DNA of 64,000 nucleotides from Acidimicrobiia bacterium (GCA_040878345.1 JBBDML010000014.1:24544-88543); one strand, 5' to 3'. Positions 8,326 through 17,875 are shown, counted from the stretch's first letter. Translations and numbers: made by a program. The notes: generated by a model from the letters alone, not told the origin.

Positions 8326-9990
8326 TCAGAGGACTTCGCCCACCATCTCCCGAAGGGCGTCGAAACGCATCGCCCCGTGGTTGAGGATGGCGGCGTGGAA
8401 TTGCCTCAGGTCGAATCCGGGACCCAGCCGGTCCTTGGTCTCCTGTCTGATCCTCAGCATCTCCCGCTCCCCCAGCTTGTAGGAGATGGCCTGGGCGGGC
8501 CAGCCGAGGTAACGGAGCACCTCGGCCTCGGAGTCGTCCCTCGTCTGGAACCCATAGACCCGCATGAACTCGGTGGCGCTCTCGAAGCTCCATGGATCGC
8601 CGGGAGCCACCGACGAGGATGTGTCGATGGCGAGCCCCAGGTGGAGACCGATGTCGACGACAACTCTTGCCGCCCGGTACATCTGCTTGGCCAGCATCCC
8701 GAAGTAGTGCTTGGGGTCCTCCAGGTAACCGAGTTCACCCATGAGGACCTCGGCATACATCCCCCACCCCTCCCCGTAGCCGGGGTACCAGGTGAGGAGT
8801 CGCTGGGCTCGACTCAGCTCCTCCTTGCGGTACATCGCAGTGGCGTTCTGGAGGTGGTGACCGGGAACGCCCTCGTGATAAGCGGTCGAGGTGTGCTGGT
8901 AGAGAGGGAAAAGGGTCTCACCGCCGAGCGAGTACCAAACCCCGCCCGGCCTGGTGAAGTCCTCGGACGGCCTGATGTAATAGACCGACCGAGGCCCTCC
9001 GGGAGGTGCGACTTGCACCGTCAAGGGCCTGATGACATCGGGAACCTCGAAGTGGGTCCCGGCCAATTCGTCGACCGCCCGGGCCAACAGCTCGCTGACG
9101 TACTCGATGAGCTCCTCGGGTGTGTCGGCCAGACCCGACGGATCAGATTCGAGATGCTCCCTGACGCCCACCAATCCGGCATCGGGAAGGATCCGCTGCC
9201 CGACTGTCTCCATCTCGGCGATCAGCCTGTGGAGCTCCTCCCACCCCCAGGTGTAGGCCTCGGCGGGGTCGACCTTCATCCCCACCAGCTCGTTGGCGGC
9301 CCGGCGATAGGCCTCGTCGCCGACGCCATCAGGCTCCGCCGCTTCGGGGAGATAGACCTCGCTGAGCCACTCCCCGAACTCACCCGCAGTGCTGCGGGCA
9401 TGGTCGACAGCCTCCTCGAGGCGCCGGTCTCGATGACCTGCCTCCTCGGCCCGGGCCAGGATGTCGAGAAAGGCGGACTCGGGCCCGGCGAGATGGCTGG
9501 CCTGCTCCATCACCGACTCGACCTGGCGGCGGGCCACCGTTATCCCCCGCTTTCGTCCCTCGTCGAGCGTGTTGCGATAGTCCCCATACGGTTGGTCGAT
9601 CGTCTCGAGACGGGCCACGATCGCCTCCCACACATCGGCGGAATTGCCACGCATCAAGTCGAAGATGCCGCGGATCTGGTGGAAGGAGCAGGCCAGATGG
9701 CGCAGATCTCTGAAGTCGTCGCCCGCCTCGAAGGCTTCGAGACGCTCCTCGATCGACCCCAGGGTGACACGGGCGGCGAGCCGCTGCCTGAGATCGGGAT
9801 GGTGGCGGTGCGGCTCGAGCTCCGCGCCGAAGCGGCGGCCGAGATCGGCGAGGGCCTCGGCGCCCTCGAGCGAGAAGGAGTCGCCCCACTCGTGATCGTG
9901 GCCCGGGATCCCGAGTGAGGTGGCCAGGACCGGGATCAGGTCGGCCACCTCGTCGACGTAACGGTCGGTTATCTCGAATACTTCGGACAT
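8326..9990 (-). CDS. DUF885-family protein (metallopeptidase-like HExxH)
   Basis: 554-aa ORF with AYHEGVPGHHLQ and overall DUF885-like sequence. Good coding bias. Confidence 0.8.
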   Translation of the reverse strand: MSEVFEITDRYVDEVADLIPVLATSLGIPGHDHEWGDSFSLEGAEALADLGRRFGAELEPHRHHPDLRQRLAARVTLGSIEERLEAFEAGDDFRDLRHLACSFHQIRGIFDLMRGNSADVWEAIVARLETIDQPYGDYRNTLDEGRKRGITVARRQVESVMEQASHLAGPESAFLDILARAEEAGHRDRRLEEAVDHARSTAGEFGEWLSEVYLPEAAEPDGVGDEAYRRAANELVGMKVDPAEAYTWGWEELHRLIAEMETVGQRILPDAGLVGVREHLESDPSGLADTPEELIEYVSELLARAVDELAGTHFEVPDVIRPLTVQVAPPGGPRSVYYIRPSEDFTRPGGVWYSLGGETLFPLYQHTSTAYHEGVPGHHLQNATAMYRKEELSRAQRLLTWYPGYGEGWGMYAEVLMGELGYLEDPKHYFGMLAKQMYRAARVVVDIGLHLGLAIDTSSSVAPGDPWSFESATEFMRVYGFQTRDDSEAEVLRYLGWPAQAISYKLGEREMLRIRQETKDRLGPGFDLRQFHAAILNHGAMRFDALREMVGEVL

Positions 9991-10074
9991 GGAGCCAACC
10001 TACTCAGGCTGGCACCTGACCCCGATCCGGTCGAAGCCGACGCGCCACCAGAACCGCGACCAACCGCCGAGGGG

Positions 10075-10599
10075 TTACTTGCGTACGTCGCGGTCGTGGC
10101 GTTGGTGGAGGTCGATGGCTGCAGTGGCCTCGATGGTGAGGTAGGCGCCGGGATTGGCCCGATAGATCAGCCGAGTCACATCGTCGACCCTCTTACGCGG
10201 GACCACGGTGAAGGTGACCTGGACCTCTCCACTCATCCCGTCACCGTTGACGACGGTGGCCCCAAAGCCCTGATCGCGGATGAGAGGCGCCACTGCCGGT
10301 GACCCGCTCGGGGTGACCACACGAATCAGGGACTGCCCGATGGCCAGCCACTCCTCGACTATCGACCCGAAATAGGTCCCGGCGGCAAAGCCGGCGGCGA
10401 AGGCAACCATCCTCAGCGGGTCCTCGAGGGCACTGAGCACACGGGAGACGGCGATGACCCAGATCAGGCACTCGGCGAATCCGATCAGGGCAGCCGTCCC
10501 CTTCCTGCCCCTGGATAGGAGCACGATCCTGACGGTGGCCATACCGACGTCGAGCGTCCTGAGGAAGAAGATCAATAGGAGGTCGGCTGCGAGCTGCAT
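10075..10599 (-). CDS. UPF0316/DUF2179-family small membrane protein
   Basis: Start moved to ATG 10599 (MQLAADLLLIFFLRTLDVGMATVR...). The longer track ORF reads through the palindromic repeat. Three N-terminal TM helices precede a soluble C-terminal domain. Confidence 0.72.
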   Translation of the reverse strand: MQLAADLLLIFFLRTLDVGMATVRIVLLSRGRKGTAALIGFAECLIWVIAVSRVLSALEDPLRMVAFAAGFAAGTYFGSIVEEWLAIGQSLIRVVTPSGSPAVAPLIRDQGFGATVVNGDGMSGEVQVTFTVVPRKRVDDVTRLIYRANPGAYLTIEATAAIDLHQRHDRDVRK

Positions 10600-10619
10600 C
10601 CCAGGCCAGGGTATCGACG

Positions 10620-10666
10620 TTCTGTGCGGATTCGCGCGAACCCCTCCGTCACAGATCCGCACAGAA
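10620..10666 (+). repeat. 47-nt palindromic intergenic repeat, copy 3
   Basis: Identical to copy 1. Confidence 0.9.
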
Positions 10667-10681
10667 TGGGATGGTCCACCT

Positions 10682-10728
10682 TTCTGTGCGGATTCGCGCG
10701 AACCCCTCCGTCACAGATCCGCACAGAA
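10682..10728 (+). repeat. 47-nt palindromic intergenic repeat, copy 4
   Basis: Identical to copy 1 and 15 nt downstream of copy 3. Confidence 0.9.
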
Positions 10729-10760
10729 CGAAATCATGGGATAGGGGATATTGTCGGGTG

Positions 10761-11741
10761 ATGAGATTCGGAGCTTTCGTACCCCAGGGCTGGCGTATCG
10801 ACCTCGCCGGCATCGCCGTCGAGGACCACTGGCCGCTGATGCTCTCCATCGCCAACAGGATCGAAGGCAACGGCTTCGAGTCGTTGTGGGTGTACGACCA
10901 CTTTCACACCGTCCCCGCCCCCACCCAGGAGGTCACATACGAGCCCTGGACCCTGATGGCGGCGCTGGCCGCCACTACCCGAACCGTCCGGCTTGGCCAG
11001 ATGTGCACCTGCAACACCTATCGGCCCCCGTCCTTGCTGGCCAAGATGGCCGCCTCGATCGACGTCATCTCCGGGGGCAGGTTGGAGATGGGGATCGGCG
11101 CCGGGTGGTACGAGCACGAGCACGACGGCTATGGCTATCCATTCCTGCCCCCCGGCCAGCGTCTCGGGATGCTGAGGGAGGGGGTGGAGATCATGAGGGC
11201 GATGTGGACCGAGGAGGTGGTCGACTACTCGGGCAAGCACTACCAGCTTCGGGGAGCGATCTCCCAGCCGAAGCCGGTGCAGAAGCCACACATCCCGTTC
11301 TGGATCGCCGGCGGCGGGGAGAAGGTGACCCTCCGGATAGCGGCTCGCTATGGCGCCTATTCGAACTTCGGCGTCGAGCTCGAGAACTTCATCCGCAAGT
11401 CGGAGCTGCTCCGAGGCCATTGCGATGATGTTGGAACCGAGTTCGACTCCATAGTCAGGTCGGCGAACTTCAACATCCTGTGCGCCGCCACCGAGACCGA
11501 GGTGGCTGAAAAGAAGGCCTGGCTGGTGGCCCACTTGAAGAAGTACGTCCCCGAGGAACGAGCCATCCGGTTCGCTGCCATGTACGACTACATGTCGGGC
11601 ACGCCCGACCAACTTGCTGAGAAGCTCCGCCTCTGGGAGAAGGAGGGGATGAGCTACGCCATCGTCAACTTCGCCGACGTGGCCTATGACACTTCGAGCC
11701 TCGATCTCTTCGCCGCGGAGGTCATTCCCACGCTGAGATGA
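10761..11741 (+). CDS. LLM-class (luciferase-like) F420-dependent oxidoreductase
   Basis: Start at ATG 10761 (MRFGAFVPQGW...). Typical LLM sequence (GFESLWVYDHF, GRLEMGIGAGW). The upstream part of the track ORF is repeat sequence. Confidence 0.82.
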   Translation: MRFGAFVPQGWRIDLAGIAVEDHWPLMLSIANRIEGNGFESLWVYDHFHTVPAPTQEVTYEPWTLMAALAATTRTVRLGQMCTCNTYRPPSLLAKMAASIDVISGGRLEMGIGAGWYEHEHDGYGYPFLPPGQRLGMLREGVEIMRAMWTEEVVDYSGKHYQLRGAISQPKPVQKPHIPFWIAGGGEKVTLRIAARYGAYSNFGVELENFIRKSELLRGHCDDVGTEFDSIVRSANFNILCAATETEVAEKKAWLVAHLKKYVPEERAIRFAAMYDYMSGTPDQLAEKLRLWEKEGMSYAIVNFADVAYDTSSLDLFAAEVIPTLR

Positions 11742-12811
11742 GCGACCGGCTCGACCTGCGGACCCTCAATCGCACCACCCTCCACCGTCAACACCTGCTG
11801 GAGCGGGTCGATTGGTCGGCGTCATCGATGCTGGACTATCTGGTGGGGATGCAGGGGCAAAACCCCCTCGACCCCTATTACGGGATGTGGTCCCGGCTGG
11901 TGGGATTCACCCCCGGCGAGCTGGCCTCGATGGTCGACGCGAGCGAGGCGGTACGGGGTCAGCTGATGCGAGGCACCATCCACATGCTGGGATCCGAGGA
12001 CTTCCGCAGGCTGCGCCCGGTCTTCGACCCGTTGTGCGCCCGGATCTTGAGCTCGACCCAGTTCGGGAAGGACACGAAAGACCTGGACCTCGAGCGCCTC
12101 CTCCAGGTAGGCAGGGCCCTACTCGAGGACGCTCCCCGTACCCGCGCCGAGTTGGGACCATTGTTGGAAGAGGCCTTTCCCGGGGCACCCGGGGCATCCT
12201 TGGCGCAGGCGGTCACCTTCCTCCTCCCGGTGGTGCAGCCTCCTCCCCGAGGAGTTTGGGGCCGGACCGGGTCGGCGGCGTGGAGCATCCTCGACCCCGA
12301 TCCCGAAGACCGAGCCGATGTCGAGTCGACCAAGGACCGCCTGATCCTCCGCTACCTGGCGGCGTTCGGACCGGCCTCGGTCAAGGACATCCGGGCGTGG
12401 TCCGGCCTGACGGGCATAGCCGCCATCGTCAGTCGGGTCAGGGACCGTTTGCGCACCTATCGCGATGAGAGTGGCTCCGAGATGATGGATCTCATCGACG
12501 CCGTGATCATCGACCCCGACGCATTGGCGCCGCCACGGTTCCTACCCGAGTACGACAACGTCCTGCTCGGGCATGCCGACCGCTCCCGCTTCTTCGACGG
12601 GCCCACTCCCCCCGGATGGGCGGGCAACCTGCTGGTCGACGGGACGTACGCCGGTCACTGGAAGATCAGCCGGAATGAGTTGGCAATAACCCTCCAAAGA
12701 AAGGTGACCTCCCGTCAGAGACGGCAGGTCACCGATGAGGCGGAGCGTCTCGTTGCCCTCACAGGGAGCCCCGGTGAGCCGGACTCCCTGCAAGTGCCAC
12801 TCATGGAGTGA
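11738..12811 (+). CDS. Winged-helix DNA-binding protein of the YcaQ/AlkZ-like (crosslink-repair glycosylase) family
   Basis: The N-terminus (LRTLNRTTLHRQHLL...MQGQNP) is typical of this family. ATGA start/stop overlap with the preceding gene. Confidence 0.7.
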   Translation: MSDRLDLRTLNRTTLHRQHLLERVDWSASSMLDYLVGMQGQNPLDPYYGMWSRLVGFTPGELASMVDASEAVRGQLMRGTIHMLGSEDFRRLRPVFDPLCARILSSTQFGKDTKDLDLERLLQVGRALLEDAPRTRAELGPLLEEAFPGAPGASLAQAVTFLLPVVQPPPRGVWGRTGSAAWSILDPDPEDRADVESTKDRLILRYLAAFGPASVKDIRAWSGLTGIAAIVSRVRDRLRTYRDESGSEMMDLIDAVIIDPDALAPPRFLPEYDNVLLGHADRSRFFDGPTPPGWAGNLLVDGTYAGHWKISRNELAITLQRKVTSRQRRQVTDEAERLVALTGSPGEPDSLQVPLME

Positions 12812-13889
12812 GGTTCCAGGCGCCTTCCGCTACGGGGACGGTCACCACATCGGCCGGCTCGCCGTCCTCGGCGCTGTACCAGAACACCTTGACCACGGTC
12901 TCCGGACTCAAGACAGGTGTGTCGAACTCGTGGGTGAAGATCCCCCAGCACCCCGTGCCACAACTAGCCATGACCGGCTCCTCGTAGAGCGCCTCGCCGC
13001 TCGACGGATCGACCACCTGCACCGTGAGACCGGCCTCAAAGACGTTGGCCCGGCCCTCCAGATGGGGTAGCCCGTCGCCCCCGAGAAGGAAAGGCTCGGT
13101 GAGGATGATCGGGTTGAGGTCATCGAGGAAGGTGTCACGACCCACCGGCTCGAGGAGAGACAAGCCTTCGGTCCCGTAGGCCTCGACCGGTTGGTCGTTG
13201 ACGATGAACTGGACCAGCGCCTCGGGATCCTCCTGAGTGACCGTGTAGATGATCTGGTTGAGCATGGTGACGTCGGCGAGGAGGCCACCAGCGCCTTCAA
13301 GGAACGCCTCGTTCATGTACATGGTGATCACCGCCGGGCTCGAGTCGTCGACTCCTCCGTTGACCCCGTCCACACCTGGAGGGATGACGGTGGTCAGCCC
13401 CTCCGGGAGGGTGACACCGAGGTCGGCGAGTCTGGTGACGACCAGTGCCGGATCCTCGATCCCGCGGAGCACCCCAGAGGCGTCAGTGAGGCTGACGCTG
13501 ACCGGCACCATGGCCGGGTTGCCCAAGAAGCTGTTGTCCGGCTCTTGGATCAGGTAGATGACACCGTCGAACTCGGTGACGATGGGCACCGTCGTCGGGG
13601 GCGTGGTATCTGGACCGGGCGTCGTGGTGGGGGTGGCCTCGGGGAGGGTGGTCACCGGGGCCGGCGCGGTGGTCCCCACCGGCTCCTCACCGGCCGTGCC
13701 CTGGAACAAGAGGAGGGGCAGTGCCAGGGCCACCACCGCGGCGGTGGCAATGGCGAGTATCAGTGCGGGGCTCCGGCGGGGAGCGCTTGCTGGTTGAGTC
13801 ATCTCGATCTCCTGTGGGAACTCGGGTGGCTCCGGAGACATCGCCACCATCCGCGCCATCAGGTCCTTCATCTTCTTCTCGTTGGTCAT
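12801..13889 (-). CDS. Single-pass membrane protein with extracytoplasmic GerMN-like and Gmad2 Ig-like domains (possible anti-sigma partner)
   Basis: One TM helix (ALILAIATAAVVALALPLLLF), a Thr/Pro linker, then GerMN/Gmad2-like sequence (GRANVFEAGLTVQVVD). The ATG at 13889 forms an ATGA overlap with the sigma gene stop. GTG 13898 is an alternative start. Confidence 0.7.
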   Translation of the reverse strand: MTNEKKMKDLMARMVAMSPEPPEFPQEIEMTQPASAPRRSPALILAIATAAVVALALPLLLFQGTAGEEPVGTTAPAPVTTLPEATPTTTPGPDTTPPTTVPIVTEFDGVIYLIQEPDNSFLGNPAMVPVSVSLTDASGVLRGIEDPALVVTRLADLGVTLPEGLTTVIPPGVDGVNGGVDDSSPAVITMYMNEAFLEGAGGLLADVTMLNQIIYTVTQEDPEALVQFIVNDQPVEAYGTEGLSLLEPVGRDTFLDDLNPIILTEPFLLGGDGLPHLEGRANVFEAGLTVQVVDPSSGEALYEEPVMASCGTGCWGIFTHEFDTPVLSPETVVKVFWYSAEDGEPADVVTVPVAEGAWNLTP

Positions 13890-14356
13890 GACAACCACTC
13901 TCCAAGTCGTTTCCGGGCGCGGGCTAGGTGTCGTTTCACGGTCCCGGTCGAGACCCCCATCTGTGCGGCGACGTCCTCTGGCGTCAGATCGGCCCAGTAG
14001 GTGAGGTACACCACAGACCGTTGTTGCACCGAGAGCCGTTCGACAGCTCGCAGCACGTCCAGATCGACTTCGACCGGCATCACCGAGGGTCGCTCGGCGA
14101 CCTTCATCTCTCTGAGCCGTCGTGACAGGGTGCTGCGGTGGTGATCGTTCGACACCGTCAGCACCGTTCGATACAGATACGCCCGTCGGTTGAGGACACC
14201 TGGCCAGCCCTTCGACGCAAAGGCCTTCAAGCAGGCATCGGTAACCACGTCAGCCGCGTCGAACGGGCCCACCAGAGTCGTCGCGTACTCCGTGAGCTCT
14301 CTGGCGTAAAGCCGATATGCCTCTTCGTTGTCCATCACACCTATGACGGTGATCAT
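13886..14356 (-). CDS. ECF-type RNA polymerase sigma factor
   Basis: 156 aa. The region-4 HTH reads LSVQQRSVVYLTYWADLTPEDVAAQMGVSTGTVKRHLARARKRL. Confidence 0.85.
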   Translation of the reverse strand: MITVIGVMDNEEAYRLYARELTEYATTLVGPFDAADVVTDACLKAFASKGWPGVLNRRAYLYRTVLTVSNDHHRSTLSRRLREMKVAERPSVMPVEVDLDVLRAVERLSVQQRSVVYLTYWADLTPEDVAAQMGVSTGTVKRHLARARKRLGEWLS

Positions 14357-14415
14357 GCCCCTAAGACGGAGCCGACCCCTGCATTGGGTGACACATCTCG
14401 TCCCCGAGCCCCGTC

Positions 14416-15861
14416 TCAGTCGAACGACTGGTCACAGGTCGCATCCAGTGAGCCCAGGCCGAGTTGGGCCACGGCCGCCTCGGGATCCCTGATCATCAGT
14501 TGGGCGTCCTGGCGGATCCTGGGTATGTCGTAGTAGACCCTCCCCGGGGCGCCCCCGATCTTGTAGGCCGCCCTGGTGATCCTGAGGGTGGCCACCCGGT
14601 CGGTGCTCAGATAGGGGAGGAGATCGACGAAGTCGACCAGACGGTCCTGCGGGATGTCGGTCGAGACGTTGTCCTTTATCGCGCGGGCCAATGCGCCGAA
14701 GTTGGCGATCACCTCCATGGGGCTGGTTTGCTCCAGCACTGCCCCCAACACGCATCGTTGGCGGTGCATCCTGGCGAAGTCGTCGGAGTGCCTCCTGATC
14801 CGGGCGTAGGCCAGGGCGAGATGGCCGTTGAGGTGCTGGGCCCCCTCTTCGATGACCACCCTCTCCACGCTCCCGTCCTCATGTGGGTAGGTCTCGTCGA
14901 TGATGGTCTTGGGGACGTCCATGGTCACCCCGCCCAGGGCGTCGACCACACCCACGAACCCGTCCAGGGTGACCAGGGCGTAGTAGTGGATCGGGATTCC
15001 GAAGATCTGGGACAGGGCACCCTTGATGGCGTTGATCGGGGGCTCACCGGGCCCGGGGAAGTCGTCGGGGTAGCGAACCCCGGCGTCGTAGAGATGAGTG
15101 ATCAGGTCGGGGTAGCAATTGCAGTCCCATCTGCCCATCCCCTCGGGGAGCGGGGCGTTGGAGAGGTCCCGAGGCACCGAGAACATGGCGACGTCGCCGT
15201 TGGCCGGGTCGATGCTGACCACGATGGTGGTGTCGGTGCGGAGCCCGATCCGCCCTTCACCGGCATCGGCGCCCAGAAGCACCATGTTGAGACGCTCCAG
15301 ACCGTCCCATATGGGTGGTTCGGTGGTGGTGGTAGGCGGCAACGTGGTGGTTGTCGAGACTCCGGGCACCACAGTGGTCGAGGCGCCGATCGTGGTGGTG
15401 GTGGTCGAGGGGGGGCCGGCAATGGGGTCGGGCTCGGCGAAGACCGTCTTGATCAAGTCGTACTGTGTCCAAGCCAGATAGCCAAAGGCGAGATGGGGCG
15501 CCACCAGGAGGAACAATGCCGCCAGCATCCCTGCCGCCCCCGACCAAAGACTGCCACCCGCCGGAGCCGCGGTGTAGGCCCCCGCAACCGCCGTCGTCCT
15601 GAAGAGGAGAAGTGCGACATTGACCGCCATGAGGACCAGGAGGGCATTGGGGCTGACCCAGAGCTTGACGACCTCTATCTGGAACCGAGCGAAAGCGATC
15701 AGGAGTGACGAGAACAGCACCAGGTCGATGAGATAGAGGCCATACGCCGACTTGGCCTGGCCCACATAGGCATGGCCCCAGCCGGGGAGGATGGCCGAGA
15801 ACAGGGCAGCAAGTGCGGCGCGTGGATGAGATGTCGATTCGTCCAGCACCGGGGATGTCAT
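14416..15861 (-). CDS. LCP (LytR-CpsA-Psr) family cell-wall glycopolymer ligase with an N-terminal multi-TM region
   Basis: LCP core can be read (RTDTTIVVSIDP, SVPRDL, YARIRR). Start chosen at ATG 15861 (MTSPVLDE...). Confidence 0.82.
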   Translation of the reverse strand: MTSPVLDESTSHPRAALAALFSAILPGWGHAYVGQAKSAYGLYLIDLVLFSSLLIAFARFQIEVVKLWVSPNALLVLMAVNVALLLFRTTAVAGAYTAAPAGGSLWSGAAGMLAALFLLVAPHLAFGYLAWTQYDLIKTVFAEPDPIAGPPSTTTTTIGASTTVVPGVSTTTTLPPTTTTEPPIWDGLERLNMVLLGADAGEGRIGLRTDTTIVVSIDPANGDVAMFSVPRDLSNAPLPEGMGRWDCNCYPDLITHLYDAGVRYPDDFPGPGEPPINAIKGALSQIFGIPIHYYALVTLDGFVGVVDALGGVTMDVPKTIIDETYPHEDGSVERVVIEEGAQHLNGHLALAYARIRRHSDDFARMHRQRCVLGAVLEQTSPMEVIANFGALARAIKDNVSTDIPQDRLVDFVDLLPYLSTDRVATLRITRAAYKIGGAPGRVYYDIPRIRQDAQLMIRDPEAAVAQLGLGSLDATCDQSFD

Positions 15862-15967
15862 CTCCGTCACGAATGCTACGAACGGTGCCGCCAATAACCA
15901 GGTTCCTGAAATCGGGGAAATGGCGAAGCGGCAAATATCCTGGGGTGGCCCCCTGGGGCCCATATCG

Positions 15968-17875
15968 ATGAACGAGCACTCACCCGCCGAGCCGGCCCAC
16001 TCCCCAGATCAAGGGCCACAGGCCAGATACGCATATCTACGCAGTGACGGGACTGCCTACATCCTGGCGGGGAGCGCCATCGCCGGAATCGCCGCCTATG
16101 CCTATCAGATCTTGGGGGGCCGGACCCTGGGGACCGAGGCTTTCGCCCCGGTATCGGTCCTCCTCACCGTCCACTTCCTCACCTTCATCGTCATCCTCCT
16201 CCCCATCGAGCAACTTGTGGTCAGGAGGCTGACCATCGATCGCACCCGTTCCGGCCTGCCCCAACCTGCATGGTGGCTGGCGGGGCTGACAGTGGCCGGC
16301 GCCACCATCTTCGCCACAGTCGGCGTCGACGACTACCTCAACGGGGACGGACGATTCATCTTCTTCACCGCGCTCACCGTGGCCACCCACTTCCTGTTCT
16401 CAGCGGCGAGGGGCCACCTCGCCGGATGGCGGAGGTTCCGCGACTACGGGAACTCGTCGGCGGCGGCATCGCTGGTCAGGCTCTTCATCGCCATCGTGAT
16501 CACGCTGGTCCACCCCTCGGCTTCGGGGTTCGCGCTCGGCCTGATCGCCGGGCCTTTGATCGTGATGCTCTGGCGGCCATTCCGGGCGGTGAAGGTGGAC
16601 CGGGAGGAGCTGGACGAGGAGGCCCGCCTGAGTGTGGACGACCGTGGCCTGCTCTGGGGCTTGGTGCTCGCCGCTGCCGCCTCGCAGGCACTCCTACTCA
16701 GCGGCCCGGTGGTGGTGGGCATCTTGGGAGGCTCGGCGGTGGAGATCAGCATCGCCTTTGCCGCTTTCACACTGGGCCGGGCCCCCCTTGTCTTCGGCTA
16801 CAACCTCCTGGCACGGGCTCTCCCCCCCTTCACGGAGATGGCGGCGAGGGGTGAACGGGCCGAGCTCAGGGCATGGGCCAGGGGAATGGCGTGGGCGGGT
16901 GCCGGTCTGGGTGTGGTGGCCGGGGCCCTGGGTTGGCTCCTCGGCCCATGGGTGATAGAGGTGGCCTTCGGCGCAGGGTTCGTCAGCAGCCGGCTCGACG
17001 CCGCGGTGATATCGGTGGGAGTGATATTTGCCGGTGTCGGTCTCTTCGTGGGACAGATCCTGGTGGCACGGGGGGAGTCGGGTCGTCTCGGCTTGGCCTG
17101 GCTCGGTGGCCTGGGCGCTGGCATCGCCGCCATCGCGGTGACGCCGGCGGGCCCGGTGACCAGGGTCACCATTGGCTTCGCTTCCGGTGCCCTGGTGGCG
17201 ATGTTGGCACTGGTCACCGGGGCGGTTAAGGCTGGTGTGCAAGAAGCCAAAGGCGATGCGGCCGCCTTCGTGGTGACGAAGAGGACCATCGACATCGCGG
17301 TCTCCCTTTTCATCCTGGTCCTCACCACCCCGATCGTCCTGGTCGCGGGATTGGCGGTGCGGATCAGCTCCCCCGGCCCGATCTTCTTCAAGCAGACCAG
17401 GGTGGGCCGCGACGCCAGGCAGTTCGGGTTGGTCAAGATTCGCACCATGGAGGCCGACGCCGACGAATCGGTGTTCGCAGAGCATCTGGCGAGGCTCGAG
17501 GCCTCCCGCCACAGTGAGACAGCCCCTGCCATCCGCATCTCGGACGACGACCGGGTGACTTCCGTCGGACGATTCCTCAGGAGGTGGTCGATCGACGAGC
17601 TCCCCAACTTCTGGAACGTGCTCAGGGGATCCATGTCTTTGGTCGGCCCGCGTCCCCTGGTCCCAGCCGAAGCCGAGCTGGTCGGCCTCGACAGCTCCAG
17701 GTTCACGGTCAAGCCGGGGATCACCGGCCTGGCTCAGATCGAGGGTCGGGACAGCATCACCATGAAGGAACGGACCGAGCTCGACGAGGCCTACGTGCGG
17801 GACCGGTCACCGGGGCTCGACACCCGGATCATGATCAAGACGATCAAGGCGGTGTTCACCGAACCCGGTGAGTAG
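15968..17875 (+). CDS. Fusion of a ~12-TM flippase-like (Wzx/MOP-like) domain with a small bacterial sugar transferase (phosphoglycosyl transferase) domain
   Basis: The C-terminal ~200 aa read KRTIDIAVSLFILVLTTPI...SPGPIFFKQTRVG...ELPNFWNVLRGSMSLVGPRP...KPGITGLAQ. The N-terminal ~430 aa have about 12 hydrophobic helices. Start taken as ATG 15968. Confidence 0.8.
   Translation: MNEHSPAEPAHSPDQGPQARYAYLRSDGTAYILAGSAIAGIAAYAYQILGGRTLGTEAFAPVSVLLTVHFLTFIVILLPIEQLVVRRLTIDRTRSGLPQPAWWLAGLTVAGATIFATVGVDDYLNGDGRFIFFTALTVATHFLFSAARGHLAGWRRFRDYGNSSAAASLVRLFIAIVITLVHPSASGFALGLIAGPLIVMLWRPFRAVKVDREELDEEARLSVDDRGLLWGLVLAAAASQALLLSGPVVVGILGGSAVEISIAFAAFTLGRAPLVFGYNLLARALPPFTEMAARGERAELRAWARGMAWAGAGLGVVAGALGWLLGPWVIEVAFGAGFVSSRLDAAVISVGVIFAGVGLFVGQILVARGESGRLGLAWLGGLGAGIAAIAVTPAGPVTRVTIGFASGALVAMLALVTGAVKAGVQEAKGDAAAFVVTKRTIDIAVSLFILVLTTPIVLVAGLAVRISSPGPIFFKQTRVGRDARQFGLVKIRTMEADADESVFAEHLARLEASRHSETAPAIRISDDDRVTSVGRFLRRWSIDELPNFWNVLRGSMSLVGPRPLVPAEAELVGLDSSRFTVKPGITGLAQIEGRDSITMKERTELDEAYVRDRSPGLDTRIMIKTIKAVFTEPGE

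Noticed and set aside
8317-9918. A 533-aa plus-strand ORF opposite the DUF885 gene. Similar long antisense ORFs occur at 23107-24507, 32519-33400, 41222-42919, 30833-32293 and 56434-57429.
   Set aside because: All have skewed, repetitive compositions (R/G/P/H/D runs). Each lies antisense to an ORF with clear family motifs and the expected GC3 bias. They are shadow ORFs, not genes.
10600-10760. N-terminal extensions of the UPF0316 ORF (to 10662) and the LLM ORF (from 10671).
   Set aside because: The extensions consist of translated palindromic-repeat sequence (…CDGGVRANPHR… / …VRIRANPSVTDPHRT…) that recurs at the other repeat loci in non-coding positions.
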